A stretch of 64,000 nucleotides of DNA. Origin: Bythopirellula sp. Lineage in GTDB: Bacteria > Planctomycetota > Planctomycetia > Pirellulales > Lacipirellulaceae. The notes beneath the pieces are model-generated. The model searched no databases and had not been told where the DNA came from. It saw nothing but the letters and a program-made list of their open reading frames with translations. Each line of letters opens with the position of its first letter. Within the stretch, counting starts at the first letter, position 1. This document shows positions 1 to 10,599 of the stretch, piece after piece. The stretch covers positions 4,256,001 to 4,320,000 of the forward strand of contig OZ244170.1 of NCBI GenBank assembly GCA_965216565.1, written 5' to 3'. Made by a program: the position numbers and the translations under genes.

Positions 1-2
1 AT

Positions 3-866
3 GCGGAGCGAGCACGCTATTATCAGAAGTACTTCGATGCCGAGACAGGATTCATGCGTGGAAGGAATGAGGACTTTTCCTGGAAAGAACCTTTCAACCC
101 TAAATACTCGGAACATCGAAAAGACGAATATACTGAAGGTAACGCATGGCAATGGACTTGGTTTGTGCCTCACGACGTCGAGGGGCTAGCCGAGTTGATG
201 GGTGGTCGATCGTCTTTCCAGGCGAAGCTGGATCAACTATTCACGGAAGATTCCACCATTGAAGGAGAACATAGTTCCAGCGATATCAGCGGTTTGATAG
301 GCCAATATGCCCACGGCAACGAACCTAGCCATCACATCACCCACATGTACAATTTCGTTGATCAGCCTTGGAAGACCCAAGAGCTAACCCATCAAATTCT
401 TACCACCCTTTACTTCAACAAGCCAAACGGTCTTTCAGGGAACGAAGACTGTGGGCAAATGTCGGCTTGGTATCTACTGAATGCGATGGGACTTTATTCT
501 TTCTGCCCTGGTGATCCGAGATACTCTTTGAGTCGGCCGCTTTTCGATCAAGTGATCATTCATGTGGGCGACGGAAAGACGTTTACCGTACGTGTTTCTA
601 AGAATTCCCCACAGAACAAATATATTGATTCTGCATCACTGAATGGGGAACCGTTGGCAAGCCCGTTCGTTTCTCATGAAGCTGTGATGGCAGGCGGATT
701 ACTCGAATTCACATTGGCGGCGAAGCCTAACGAGCAGTGTATGGTGGGGAACTCGAATACGGCTGCTCGCTTGCCTGAATCGCGAGAGAATTTTTCGAGA
801 ATAGACAAGCTCTTAGTAGAGCCTCCACATAGGGTCTCTGGAACTGAATTAGGCGGCGGAAGGTAG
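3..866 (+). CDS. GH92 family alpha-1,2-mannosidase, C-terminal part (5' end outside window)
   Basis: Frame is open from nt 3. Motifs YTEGNAWQWTWFVPHD, GQYAHGNEPSHH and GNEDCGQMSAWY are typical of GH92. Confidence 0.92.
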   Translation, partial: AERARYYQKYFDAETGFMRGRNEDFSWKEPFNPKYSEHRKDEYTEGNAWQWTWFVPHDVEGLAELMGGRSSFQAKLDQLFTEDSTIEGEHSSSDISGLIGQYAHGNEPSHHITHMYNFVDQPWKTQELTHQILTTLYFNKPNGLSGNEDCGQMSAWYLLNAMGLYSFCPGDPRYSLSRPLFDQVIIHVGDGKTFTVRVSKNSPQNKYIDSASLNGEPLASPFVSHEAVMAGGLLEFTLAAKPNEQCMVGNSNTAARLPESRENFSRIDKLLVEPPHRVSGTELGGGR

Positions 867-973
867 ATTGATCAACTAGTGCGACGGAAGATGTTTGTGC
901 CCTGGTAGGCTGCGTCTCACAATCTCCAGCTAATAGCCGACTCCAATAGCGGACGGCTTAAGAAAGAAAAGAT

Positions 974-2014
974 ATGTCCAGCAATAAGTGGTTTTGGTTA
1001 GTCGTAGCGGTGCTCATGGTTGGCGCGGTGATGTACAACCGCAAAGAACTTTCTGCGCTTGACGTAACCACCGATCCTCCTCGAATAGCATTCTTAGTGG
1101 GAGGGAGCACGGACCCATTTTGGCAACGGGTGGCTAACGGAGCTACAGAGGCTGCGGAGAAGTATGGCGCAGAACTAGACGTGATCGTACCAGAAGATGG
1201 GGGTGTCGATCAGACGAAGCGACTGCTCACTATCAATCCTGAGAACTACGACGGTGTCGCGGTAAGCCCCATGCAACCAAAGAAGCAAACCCGCCCGATT
1301 AGTGTCCTCGCAACGCAAACCAAGGTTGTGACGTTCGACAACGACGCTCCCGAGTCAGTTCGCCACTGCTACATTGGGTCTAACAATTATGTTTCCGGCG
1401 TCCAATGCGGACGACTTGTTAAAGAAGCGCTACCGGATGGTGGGAAGATCGCCTTGTTCGTTGGCGACCACGATCGAGAGAATTCGCAACTCCGACGGCA
1501 AGGTGTTGTGGACGCCCTAAAGGGCGAACAGAGAACCCCTGGCGAAGAACTCGATCCGATCGAAGAATCAATTGAAGCCGGAGACTACACAATCGTCGCG
1601 ACCTATCTCGACGGGGGCATCAACGACGTTGCTTTGGAGAACGCTAGCCGAGCCTTGGAAGAGCATCCAGACTTGGTCGGCATGGTTGGACTATATGGCC
1701 ACAATGCTCCCATGTGTTTGAAAGCTCTCAAGGAGAACGAGAAACTCAGTGATGTCAAAATCATAGCCTTCGACGAACACGAGGATACACTTACAGGCAT
1801 TGAGGACGGCCATATCCATGGAACAGTCGTGCAGGAACCTTACCAATACGGATACGAAGCAGTCAGAATCTTGGTTGCTTTGACAGAAGAAGATTCTTTT
1901 CAACCTTATGCGGGCGAGGGATCTATTTATCTGCCTTGTTCGACAGTGAAGGCAGAAAATCTCTCGGAATTGCTTGGTAAACTCGAAGCTCAACAGACAC
2001 TCAATAGCAACTGA
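974..2014 (+). CDS. Sugar-binding periplasmic protein (RbsB/Peripla_BP_4 type) with N-terminal membrane anchor
   Basis: Motifs DPFWQRVANGA, VVTFDND, YIGSNNY, IIAFD and VVQEPYQYGY; hydrophobic N-terminus. Confidence 0.88.
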   Translation: MSSNKWFWLVVAVLMVGAVMYNRKELSALDVTTDPPRIAFLVGGSTDPFWQRVANGATEAAEKYGAELDVIVPEDGGVDQTKRLLTINPENYDGVAVSPMQPKKQTRPISVLATQTKVVTFDNDAPESVRHCYIGSNNYVSGVQCGRLVKEALPDGGKIALFVGDHDRENSQLRRQGVVDALKGEQRTPGEELDPIEESIEAGDYTIVATYLDGGINDVALENASRALEEHPDLVGMVGLYGHNAPMCLKALKENEKLSDVKIIAFDEHEDTLTGIEDGHIHGTVVQEPYQYGYEAVRILVALTEEDSFQPYAGEGSIYLPCSTVKAENLSELLGKLEAQQTLNSN

Positions 2015-3039
2015 TCGAAGTGCGGCTCACACGAGTGGTGCTTCAACCTGCGTTCGGATACGGAATCGCATGGCTGATCCAATCCCTGAGACCAAGGAAG
2101 TCGGTGACAACGAATGTTGGTGGGGCTAGCCCAGAGCAGTTCGACGATGGGCGAAGACATTACTCGGAAGTGCGGCCGCATCCGTCCTTGGGGTATCGCA
2201 TGCCTAAAGAATTCTAGTATTTCAGCCCAAGCTAGACTGAGTGAAGAATTTGTTTTCTAGCATTCCAGCTAGTAATAAGTTGAGTCGAGGCTCAACCGTG
2301 CTCAGCTTCCTAGCTCCGATGGGCTTGAAGTTAGCTTTTGATGATCACATGTCTCTTTCTATTGCAGTAGTACTCAACAGATAACGTGACCAAGGAATAG
2401 TGATAGCCCTCTTCCGAGAGCGTAGCTAAAACCTTTATGGCGTTTTCAAATCCTAAAGCGTCACATCGTAAGAACCAGTAGCTGCCCGCATACGCATCGA
2501 AATCGGAATACTAAATCTCGCGGCAAATCGTGGCATAGTCTTGGGGGGTGTTTAGCAATAGCCGACAGCCCGTCGAGGTTATCTATTCGACTTGCCCAAG
2601 GACCGAAATGATACCTGTTTGAATTAGCTGATGTCGTCCCCTATCTTACTGCTTTAGATTGCGCGTAGGCGGATTGTCAATCAGAATAGGCACTCAAACG
2701 AAAAGAGCCAGTCACGTTGAAGCCCAAAAAACCGGTGGGGGTACCTGTCTGATCACCAAGTTACTTCTCAACAGCTAATCCAAGTGTTTACGGCTGAGGT
2801 AGGATGGGTACATGCTGTACTACCTATCCTTGGGGTCGTCCGACCCTGAAAGAGTTTGTCGATGTATACCTGTTAACTCTTCTCACTTGTTTGGCTAAAT
2901 CGCATAGACACAATCTAGTGGCATCGAAACTTCGCTAACCATTGACAGTCGTGGCCACACTTGTGCGAGGTATACTAAGATAACACGGCCCAGGTAGATT
3001 CGTTTGGCTGGCCCATCCAAGTAATCCGAGAAGCGCTCT

Positions 3040-4419
3040 ATGCGATTGCCACAATTACTAGCGATTTTTCACCGTCGAATAATGATCTTACCTCCGATTT
3101 TGGCGGGGGCGATGATCTTGTATGCAGTTGTTTACCAGCGCGAATCGCCTCAACAAGAGACCATTCCGGAAGCATCACGGCCACTGCTTGTGATCGAGGT
3201 ACCACAGGGGACGGTCGTACCGCGAGTGTTGGGATTCGGTAACGCCCGTCCTGGCGACATTTGGTCGGCAGTCGCAGAGGTGAAGGGACGAGTAATTGAG
3301 ACTCACCCAGATCTATCGGCTGGATCAATTATTCGCAAAGGTGAAATCGTCGTACGCATCGATCCTACAGAGTATGAGTTGCAGATCGCTCAGCTCAATG
3401 CAGAGGTAGCCCAAATTCAAGCTCAGCAAGTTGAACTGAGAATACAAAGAAAGAACAATCAAGATGCCCTGGCAATTGAACAAGAGTCATTACTTTTAGC
3501 AGAACGCGAATTGAAGAGATTGGAGAAATTGCGTCCGTCCAATGCTGTCACTGAATCGGAATATGAACAGAATTCTCGAAATGTATTGTCACAAAAACAA
3601 AGTGTGCAATCGCTACGTAGCTCTCTTAGTGTAATTCCCTCACAGCAGGAATCTCTTACAGCAAGCCTAAACTCTCGAAAAGCTGCTCTTGATCAGGCAC
3701 AACTCGATCTGCAACGAACAACGATTAAGGTCCCGTTTGACTGTCGGCTAAGTGAAGTATCGCTGGAAAAGGGACAGTTTGTGGCAGCAGGTCAAACACT
3801 GTTCGACGCCTTCGGAGCAGCCGTTACAGAAGTGGAAGCACAAATGCCAATTGATCAAGTTCGCAAACTGCTTGATCCCAGCGCAGCTCCACTGGATATT
3901 GCCGCCAATGCGATGCAATCAGTCCGAACAGTATTCGACGTTCAAGTGATAGTTCGACTGAAGACAGGTGATTTTGTGGTGGAGTGGGACGGCAGGTTTG
4001 ATCGAATTCGGGAAGAGCTCGACCTGCAGACACGGACGTTGCGTGTGGTAGTCGCCGTGGATCGACCCTATGAAAATGTTATCCCCGGCAAGCGTCCCCC
4101 GTTGTCGCCAGGGATGTTTTGTGAAGTTGAACTTCGTGGAGCTCCGCGTGTTGGAAAAACCTTCATTCCTCGTGCAAGCATTCGGGATGGGACCGTCTAC
4201 TTGGTCGATGATAGTAACCGACTCCAGCGTCAGCCAGTCGAGATCGCCTTCTCTCAAGGTGGTATCTCAGTGATCGAGAAGGGCCTCTCGGGTGGAGAAC
4301 GTCTGGTGGTTTCAGATCCCACGCCGGCTATCGTGGGGATGCTCGTCGAGCCAAAACTTAATGAGGAGATTCGTGAGAACTTAGTGCAGGAAGCGGCAGG
4401 TAAGGGCGACTTGCGATGA
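3040..4419 (+). CDS. RND efflux periplasmic adaptor (membrane fusion protein)
   Basis: N-terminal TM, AEVKGRV lipoyl half-motif, coiled-coil hairpin, IKVPFDCRL, TRTLRVVV; overlaps the start of the permease gene. Confidence 0.92.
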   Translation: MRLPQLLAIFHRRIMILPPILAGAMILYAVVYQRESPQQETIPEASRPLLVIEVPQGTVVPRVLGFGNARPGDIWSAVAEVKGRVIETHPDLSAGSIIRKGEIVVRIDPTEYELQIAQLNAEVAQIQAQQVELRIQRKNNQDALAIEQESLLLAERELKRLEKLRPSNAVTESEYEQNSRNVLSQKQSVQSLRSSLSVIPSQQESLTASLNSRKAALDQAQLDLQRTTIKVPFDCRLSEVSLEKGQFVAAGQTLFDAFGAAVTEVEAQMPIDQVRKLLDPSAAPLDIAANAMQSVRTVFDVQVIVRLKTGDFVVEWDGRFDRIREELDLQTRTLRVVVAVDRPYENVIPGKRPPLSPGMFCEVELRGAPRVGKTFIPRASIRDGTVYLVDDSNRLQRQPVEIAFSQGGISVIEKGLSGGERLVVSDPTPAIVGMLVEPKLNEEIRENLVQEAAGKGDLR

Positions 4420-7400
4420 TCAACTACTTCGCTCGACATCCTACTGCGGCCAATCTATTGATGATTGCACTAGTGGCCATCGGACTGCTCAGCATGGGGC
4501 AGCTCCAGCGCGAAACATTTCCGGATATCACTCCAAGCGAAGTGCAGGTACGTGTCATCTATCCTGGCGCAACAGCGGAGGAAGTAGAAGAAGCCATCTG
4601 CCAGCGGATTGAAGACGCGGTAGACGGTGTTCGCTTTGTCAAAGAGTTACGCGCCGACGCACGGGAGGGCGTCGCCTCAGTCGTCGCAGAGATGGCTGAT
4701 GGCGGAGATTTCACGACGTTTCTAGCTGACATCGAGACGGAAGTTGACGCTATCGACGATTTTCCAGATGACGTCGAAGAAGCAATCGTTTCTCAACTAG
4801 GTACCACTGACCCAGTATTAGCACTGGTGGTATCAGCACCGATGACGGCACCCGACTTGAAGGCCTATTGTGAACAACTCAAGAACCGGCTTCAATTATT
4901 GCCCGGTATTTCGCTAGTCAGGATTAATGGCTTTTCCGACCATCAACTGCGCGTGGAGCTATCCTCGGAAGCTTTGATGCGCTATGGCTTGAGTCCTTCA
5001 GATGTCGCACGCATCATCGGAAAACAAAGCGTCGACCTCCCTGCTGGCCTGCTGGAAACGTCAGAGCGAGAGTTTCTAATCCGTTTTGTGGAGCAGCGCC
5101 GGACGCCCCAAGAGCTGGAAGATCTAACCATTGTTGCTGGACCTAGCGGATCTAAGGTGCGACTTGGAGACGTAGCTCGTGTACGAGACCTTTTCGAATT
5201 TGCCGAAGACAAAGTGCTGCTCAACGGACAGCGGGCAGCCGTGGTGCGTATCGAAAAGACCAAGAACCAAGACATGATTGAGGTAGCTCATGAAGTCAAG
5301 CAGTTTGTCGATCACGAGCTACAGCGCAACCCCATGGTTGCAATCCTTGTGACGCAGGACACCTCAACTCTTGTAGTTGACCGCTTGCAGATGCTAATGC
5401 GCAACGGCTGGCAAGGTATCGTCTTGGTATTTCTAACGATGTGGTTATTCTTCAATCTCCGACTCTCATTTTGGGTGGTGCTGAGCGTACCAGTTTCGTT
5501 TCTAGGGGCATTTTTCTTTATGGCCCATTTTGGGATCACGATCAACATGATTTCGATGGTCGCTTTGCTTCTAGCATTGGGACTGCTCATGGACGATGGT
5601 ATTGTGATCGCTGAGAACATCGCATCCCATCTCGCCCGCGGCGTGAAACCGATGCCGGCAGCCGTGGATGGTGTCTCGCAAGTGAGCGTGGGAGTGTTTT
5701 CTTCATTCCTCACCACAGTCTGCGTACTGGGACCACTAGCAACATTAGCTGGCGATCTGGGAAAAATACTCCGCGTAGTGCCGATAGTTTTGATTTTGGT
5801 CTTAGCGATCAGCCTAGTAGAAGCATTTCTAATTTTACCATCGCATTTGGGTCATTCGCTTGAGGCTGTCAGCAAGAGAAACTGGTTTCGTGAAAAGTTT
5901 GACTCTTGGTTGGAAAAGTTGCGAGAACACATTGTTGGGCCTGCAGTGGATATCGTTCTGCGGTGGCGTTACTTGTTCGTCGGTTGCATTATCGGCCTGT
6001 TTCTGGCGACACTAAGCCTGATGGCGGGTGGTGCAGTCAAATTCATCGCTTTTCCCGAGTTGGACGGCGATGTAGTTGTCGCGCGAGTGGTTTTACCGCC
6101 AGGGGCACCACTGCAGCGTACTGAGCGGGTCGTCGAACAACTCACTTCGGCGCTCGAACGCGTTAATGATCAATTCACACCAAGGCAACCTGGCGGGCAG
6201 AATCTAGTACGAACGGTTGTTGCGCAGTTCAATGAAAACGCTGACGCATTCGAGAACGGTCCTCATGTAGCTACCGTGACGGTTGACTTGCTGGAAGCTG
6301 AGGTACGTGACGCCACGATTGACGAGATTATTGAGAATTGGCGCAGTGAAGCAGGCGCACTACCAGGCGTAATTGATGTCGTGTTTGACGAACCGGCCAT
6401 TGGCCCGGCTGGACGGGCGATTGAAATGCGAATTCAAGGCAACGATCTACAGGAGCTAAAAGTAGCCTCGGCTGAAGTTCGTGCTTGGCTGAAACCATTT
6501 CGTGGAGTCCAAAATCTAAATGACGATTTACGCAGCGGTAAAACAGAACTGCGCATCAGACTTCGTGAAGGAACTTTCGGGTTGGGACTCGATGCTGAAA
6601 CTGTTGCCCGTCAACTGCGTGTCGCTTTTCAGGGGAGTAAGGCTGATGAGATTCAGGTCGGTGCCGAATCCTACGAAATCGATGTGCAGCTACGTCCAAG
6701 TGATCAAGACACTTTAGCCGATCTCGAAACTTACTACTTTACTGGTTCCAATGGCGAACAGATCCCTTTGGAAACAGTGGCCGAAGTTTGGCAAGACCGG
6801 GGTTGGTCCCGTATTGCCCGCGTGAATGGGCTGCGCACTGTCACAGTACGCGGCGGTGTAGACACGCGCAAGGCCAATGCTGCAGCTCTGCTGAGCAAAC
6901 TTAAGCAAGAACTACTTCCCACTCTAAGAAAGAACCATCCTGCGCTGAGATTTGATTTTGAAGGCCAATCGAAAGAAGCTGCTACCACGCAGAATTCAAT
7001 GTTGCGGGGGATGCTGGTAGGCCTATTGGGAGTGTTTGCGATTCTCAGTTTCCAGTTCCGCAGCTACCTGGAGCCGCTCACAGTCATGATGGCTATTCCT
7101 CTAGCTCTGATGGGTGTGATCTGGGGACATTTGATCATGGGTATCGACTTTAGCATGCCGAGCATGCTCGGTTATGCCTCACTTGCTGGGATTGTGGTGA
7201 ACGATTCAATCCTGCTTGTACTCTTTCTCAAAGTCGAACGTGAGACAGGAAGAAATGTATTAGAAGCATGTGGTTTGGCTAGCAGAAAACGTTTTCGCGC
7301 AATTTTACTTACATCTCTCACCACAATAGCAGGGCTCTTGCCGTTGCTGGCTGAACGCAGTTTGCAGGCGCAAGTGCTTATTCCCTTGGCAGTCAGTATT

Positions 7401-7526
7401 GCTTTCGGACTGATGGCTTCGACTGTTCTCGTGTTGTTCGTCATTCCTTGCTTGTATTTAATCTGGGACGATTTTGGCTGGGTCACCTCAATCAATGGCG
7501 ATGATAACTTGACGCATCACAGTTAG
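4416..7526 (+). CDS. RND efflux permease (AcrB/AcrD/AcrF family)
   Basis: 1036 aa; YPGATAEEVEEAI, GLLMDDGIVIAENI, GIVVNDSILL, RFRAILLTSLTTIAGLLPL. Confidence 0.96.
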   Translation: MINYFARHPTAANLLMIALVAIGLLSMGQLQRETFPDITPSEVQVRVIYPGATAEEVEEAICQRIEDAVDGVRFVKELRADAREGVASVVAEMADGGDFTTFLADIETEVDAIDDFPDDVEEAIVSQLGTTDPVLALVVSAPMTAPDLKAYCEQLKNRLQLLPGISLVRINGFSDHQLRVELSSEALMRYGLSPSDVARIIGKQSVDLPAGLLETSEREFLIRFVEQRRTPQELEDLTIVAGPSGSKVRLGDVARVRDLFEFAEDKVLLNGQRAAVVRIEKTKNQDMIEVAHEVKQFVDHELQRNPMVAILVTQDTSTLVVDRLQMLMRNGWQGIVLVFLTMWLFFNLRLSFWVVLSVPVSFLGAFFFMAHFGITINMISMVALLLALGLLMDDGIVIAENIASHLARGVKPMPAAVDGVSQVSVGVFSSFLTTVCVLGPLATLAGDLGKILRVVPIVLILVLAISLVEAFLILPSHLGHSLEAVSKRNWFREKFDSWLEKLREHIVGPAVDIVLRWRYLFVGCIIGLFLATLSLMAGGAVKFIAFPELDGDVVVARVVLPPGAPLQRTERVVEQLTSALERVNDQFTPRQPGGQNLVRTVVAQFNENADAFENGPHVATVTVDLLEAEVRDATIDEIIENWRSEAGALPGVIDVVFDEPAIGPAGRAIEMRIQGNDLQELKVASAEVRAWLKPFRGVQNLNDDLRSGKTELRIRLREGTFGLGLDAETVARQLRVAFQGSKADEIQVGAESYEIDVQLRPSDQDTLADLETYYFTGSNGEQIPLETVAEVWQDRGWSRIARVNGLRTVTVRGGVDTRKANAAALLSKLKQELLPTLRKNHPALRFDFEGQSKEAATTQNSMLRGMLVGLLGVFAILSFQFRSYLEPLTVMMAIPLALMGVIWGHLIMGIDFSMPSMLGYASLAGIVVNDSILLVLFLKVERETGRNVLEACGLASRKRFRAILLTSLTTIAGLLPLLAERSLQAQVLIPLAVSIAFGLMASTVLVLFVIPCLYLIWDDFGWVTSINGDDNLTHHS

Positions 7527-7681
7527 GCTTGGCTAGACAGAGGCAACAGTACCGTTTTCACTCAACTGCTACTGATATAAAAGCCCTAACTGCACTTATC
7601 ACGCTATGGATGAGCTCCCAATCGATACTCAAAGCGGATTACCAGTGGGTACAGATACCCTCAGTCTGACGAGGCACGAGA

Positions 7682-8275
7682 ATGAATAAATTCATGGTGC
7701 TGTCTTTTCTTGTATTCGTCGCCTTCTCGACGGCGGTAATCGCCTACTCCACAGACCATTGGATGACGCCGACCACCGTATCGTCACTGGGTCCAACAAT
7801 CGAAGATGTTCAGGAGCTTACGGAACTAGTAGCGATGAAGTTTACTGTCTCCGATGTTCTCGCGGCCGAGGAGGATGGCTACCGAGGGAGCTGGCTTGTT
7901 AAAGGTGATGTTTGGCTCGGCATTAATCTGATGGACGCAAAGGTCACAAACAAAGACAATGAAACTCAAACGGCAGAATTACTATTACCTCCGCCTCACG
8001 TTACTTCTGCGCGGGTCGACCACCATCGGACAATGACTTGGGACGTGAAAAAGGGTTCCTGGAACCCGCTTGAGTGGGATCAAAGTCCTCTTAGAGACGA
8101 AGCAATGAAACATGCTCAGCGACTAGTAGAGCATATGGGCTCCTCCGAATCACAGAAAGAGGAAGCAAAACGACAGGCAGAGCTGATAATCGAGAACATC
8201 TACAAAATGGTAGGCTGGGACGTAACTGTACGGTGGCAATCCCGAGACTATACTGCCCCTCCATTGAGCCTATGA
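7682..8275 (+). CDS. Exported or anchored protein, DUF4230-like
   Basis: N-terminal TM; KGDVWLGINL...LLLPPPHV pattern and size fit DUF4230 (recalled, not searched). Confidence 0.6.
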   Translation: MNKFMVLSFLVFVAFSTAVIAYSTDHWMTPTTVSSLGPTIEDVQELTELVAMKFTVSDVLAAEEDGYRGSWLVKGDVWLGINLMDAKVTNKDNETQTAELLLPPPHVTSARVDHHRTMTWDVKKGSWNPLEWDQSPLRDEAMKHAQRLVEHMGSSESQKEEAKRQAELIIENIYKMVGWDVTVRWQSRDYTAPPLSL

Positions 8276-8473
8276 ACTATCATGGACGGTTCGAACTGCT
8301 GACTTATTCGCATGAGGTCGTAGATCGAGCGACCGTACCTAGAATTCCCTCAGCATTTCGATTTAGCTAAATCCAACCGAAAAATGTGGCATAAGGTGTA
8401 TGGAGGCGGTTTAGCTATGACTAGAACCGAAATCGCTTCCTTCTTAGGTATTCCTTAAGCGAAGAGACTACAG

Positions 8474-10018
8474 ATGTCTGTCGGCAGTACTACCCGGGGA
8501 AGCATTCAGTCCATGGATGTGGATCTACCTTCCTCCATCTTTCAAATCGAAGACTCAGCGGACACCAATGCCGAGTTCGTCCTGTGGCAACCGGACTCAT
8601 CACAACTTGATGTTCTTGATGCAATACCCGGAATAGGGTTTCAGATCGAGACGGCCTCAGACGGAAAGCGATTGATCCTGCCCGCTGGAACTACCACAGA
8701 GAAAGATAGGCTGAAATACTTTTTCACTGCTTCGTGGCATTACGGCCTTCAAATCTTGCAAAGACAATTGCCCAATAAATTTACCCCAGAAGTGGTCTTT
8801 TCGTACCGCATGCTGTGGTTCTTCTTCAATCGTGCCCGCAAGATGCAACAGTACATACGTAAGAGATTTTTGCAACAGATGGATCTCGAGTTGCAGGAGA
8901 AAGAACAAGCACGGAAATCGCACGGCGAAGAGCCGATGGGCATTTTGCCCTGGACTTCCGACGAACAGTCCAGAAAGCGCGGCTACCCGGCCTCGTTGAG
9001 GGAGTTTTTTGACCAAGGCAACCAGGAGGCCTTCCAACATGGCGTTGAGGAGCCTACCACTGCCCACAAGATTGAGTTCTCTCTCGCTCGAGCCGCCAAG
9101 CTGGAATCGCGGATTTCTTTGGATGAGGAACAGGCGGCTAAACTAGTCAAGAATGCCCTCTTCGATGTGGACGATATCACCGAGTTGCCAACTGGCGAGA
9201 CTGCTCAACAACTTGAGGAATTGATACTCCATCACCTCTTCTCCCAAATTACAGGTGATAAAAACCAGCCGGAATTCGATAACTGGTTTGCTGGTGGGCG
9301 CAGCGTACTTGTCAAAGAACTTGCAAGACAACTGAAAGACCATGACGAAAGTGATGCGACGGGTTTGATTACAGCTGCACTCGTTCAATATGGCTGGTAC
9401 GCATCTCAGTATCTGGCAGGGTGCATCCAAGCGGTTATGCACGACGTGTCGAAATGCTTGCCACAGCCACTTACTGCCGACGAAAAGGATGCCTTTGAGT
9501 TGCTCTACAATCCTCAATCCTCGTTTGGTGGCTTGCCATTGATTCTGCTGGGCGATCGATTGGAATTCGTACGCATCATTGCAGGCGAGCTGTTGGCAGC
9601 GCCGAAAGATACCGAGAGAATTGGTGAAATCCACTGTTTACTGCAATTCTATGTCTCTATGGTACAAGCTCGCCGGGAAGCTGATCGTGAGTCTAAGAGG
9701 GCATCGCACCACACTAGCCAATCTATACAGGCCGAGGACGTGGAAGATGAGTCACCTGAACTCGTATTCCACCCCTTACGATCACCGAAGGGGATAAAAA
9801 ACCCCACTCAGGACGACGTGATCTTTCGAGAGCAATTTAAGATGCTTTGCCTATCGTTAGCGGTACAGATCGGCTTCAAATGTTCTTGCGAGTCACCAGA
9901 TTTGAATTTCGAACTGCACGAGCAGAACGGCCTCAACGCCATGATTTCGCTAGCGTGCTCTATCTGCGACAAGTCTGCGTTAAGAACAGAAGTCCGTCTG
10001 CCAAGGCTTCAATCGTAG
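8474..10018 (+). CDS. Hypothetical protein (514 aa) with possible C-terminal Zn site
   Basis: Long ORF with no recognised family; C-terminal CSC...CSIC. Confidence 0.8.
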   Translation: MSVGSTTRGSIQSMDVDLPSSIFQIEDSADTNAEFVLWQPDSSQLDVLDAIPGIGFQIETASDGKRLILPAGTTTEKDRLKYFFTASWHYGLQILQRQLPNKFTPEVVFSYRMLWFFFNRARKMQQYIRKRFLQQMDLELQEKEQARKSHGEEPMGILPWTSDEQSRKRGYPASLREFFDQGNQEAFQHGVEEPTTAHKIEFSLARAAKLESRISLDEEQAAKLVKNALFDVDDITELPTGETAQQLEELILHHLFSQITGDKNQPEFDNWFAGGRSVLVKELARQLKDHDESDATGLITAALVQYGWYASQYLAGCIQAVMHDVSKCLPQPLTADEKDAFELLYNPQSSFGGLPLILLGDRLEFVRIIAGELLAAPKDTERIGEIHCLLQFYVSMVQARREADRESKRASHHTSQSIQAEDVEDESPELVFHPLRSPKGIKNPTQDDVIFREQFKMLCLSLAVQIGFKCSCESPDLNFELHEQNGLNAMISLACSICDKSALRTEVRLPRLQS

Positions 10019-10225
10019 GAGCAGTGGGTGAACAGCCTATTATGCTAGCAGATTTCAAGAGTCGCGAGAACTCTAGACCGTGAACCAAAAAAACTTCTGA
10101 TTTTCTGGTTTTTCGGTCTCTGGCCGCCTGCCGGGCTTCCCTGACTTGATAGAGGACCAAATGTCTTGGCCCTGGTAAGTGAGGAAGCGCCCCTCTGAGG
10201 ACGCGACGAAGCAACGGAATGCACT

Positions 10226-10588
10226 ATGGCAGCCAATTCAGAGAGCAGGAAGCAATCCCACCGGGAACAGGCACACCCTCCGCGCGAACTTTGCCCTAAT
10301 GACGCTTGGCTAACGGCCGAACAATTCGCGGAAGAAATCAAGTGGTCGATGGCCACCCTCCGACGTCGCCTCGCTGACGGTACGGTTGAGAAGTATCAAC
10401 CTGGAGGCCCACGCTGTGCAGTTCGCATCCACAGGCGCGAATTGGAACGGTTCACAAGGTTTCCATGCGCCTCACCTCAAAACACGAATGCCTCTCGGGC
10501 AAACGAACCTGACTCTATGTCCGTAGTTTCAAGACCATCGTCTCACCTCGCTGGCCCCACGCCAACCTGGATGAGACGCAGATCATAA
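10226..10588 (+). CDS. Excisionase-like MerR-type HTH DNA-binding protein
   Basis: WLTAEQFAEEIKWSMATLRRRLADG...VRIHRREL; ends 11 nt before the integrase. Confidence 0.75.
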   Translation: MAANSESRKQSHREQAHPPRELCPNDAWLTAEQFAEEIKWSMATLRRRLADGTVEKYQPGGPRCAVRIHRRELERFTRFPCASPQNTNASRANEPDSMSVVSRPSSHLAGPTPTWMRRRS

Positions 10589-10599
10589 AGGAGATCAAT

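Noticed and set aside
2942..2976. TTGACA...TATACT promoter for the RND operon
   Set aside because: The spacer is 23 nt, too long for a sigma70 promoter.
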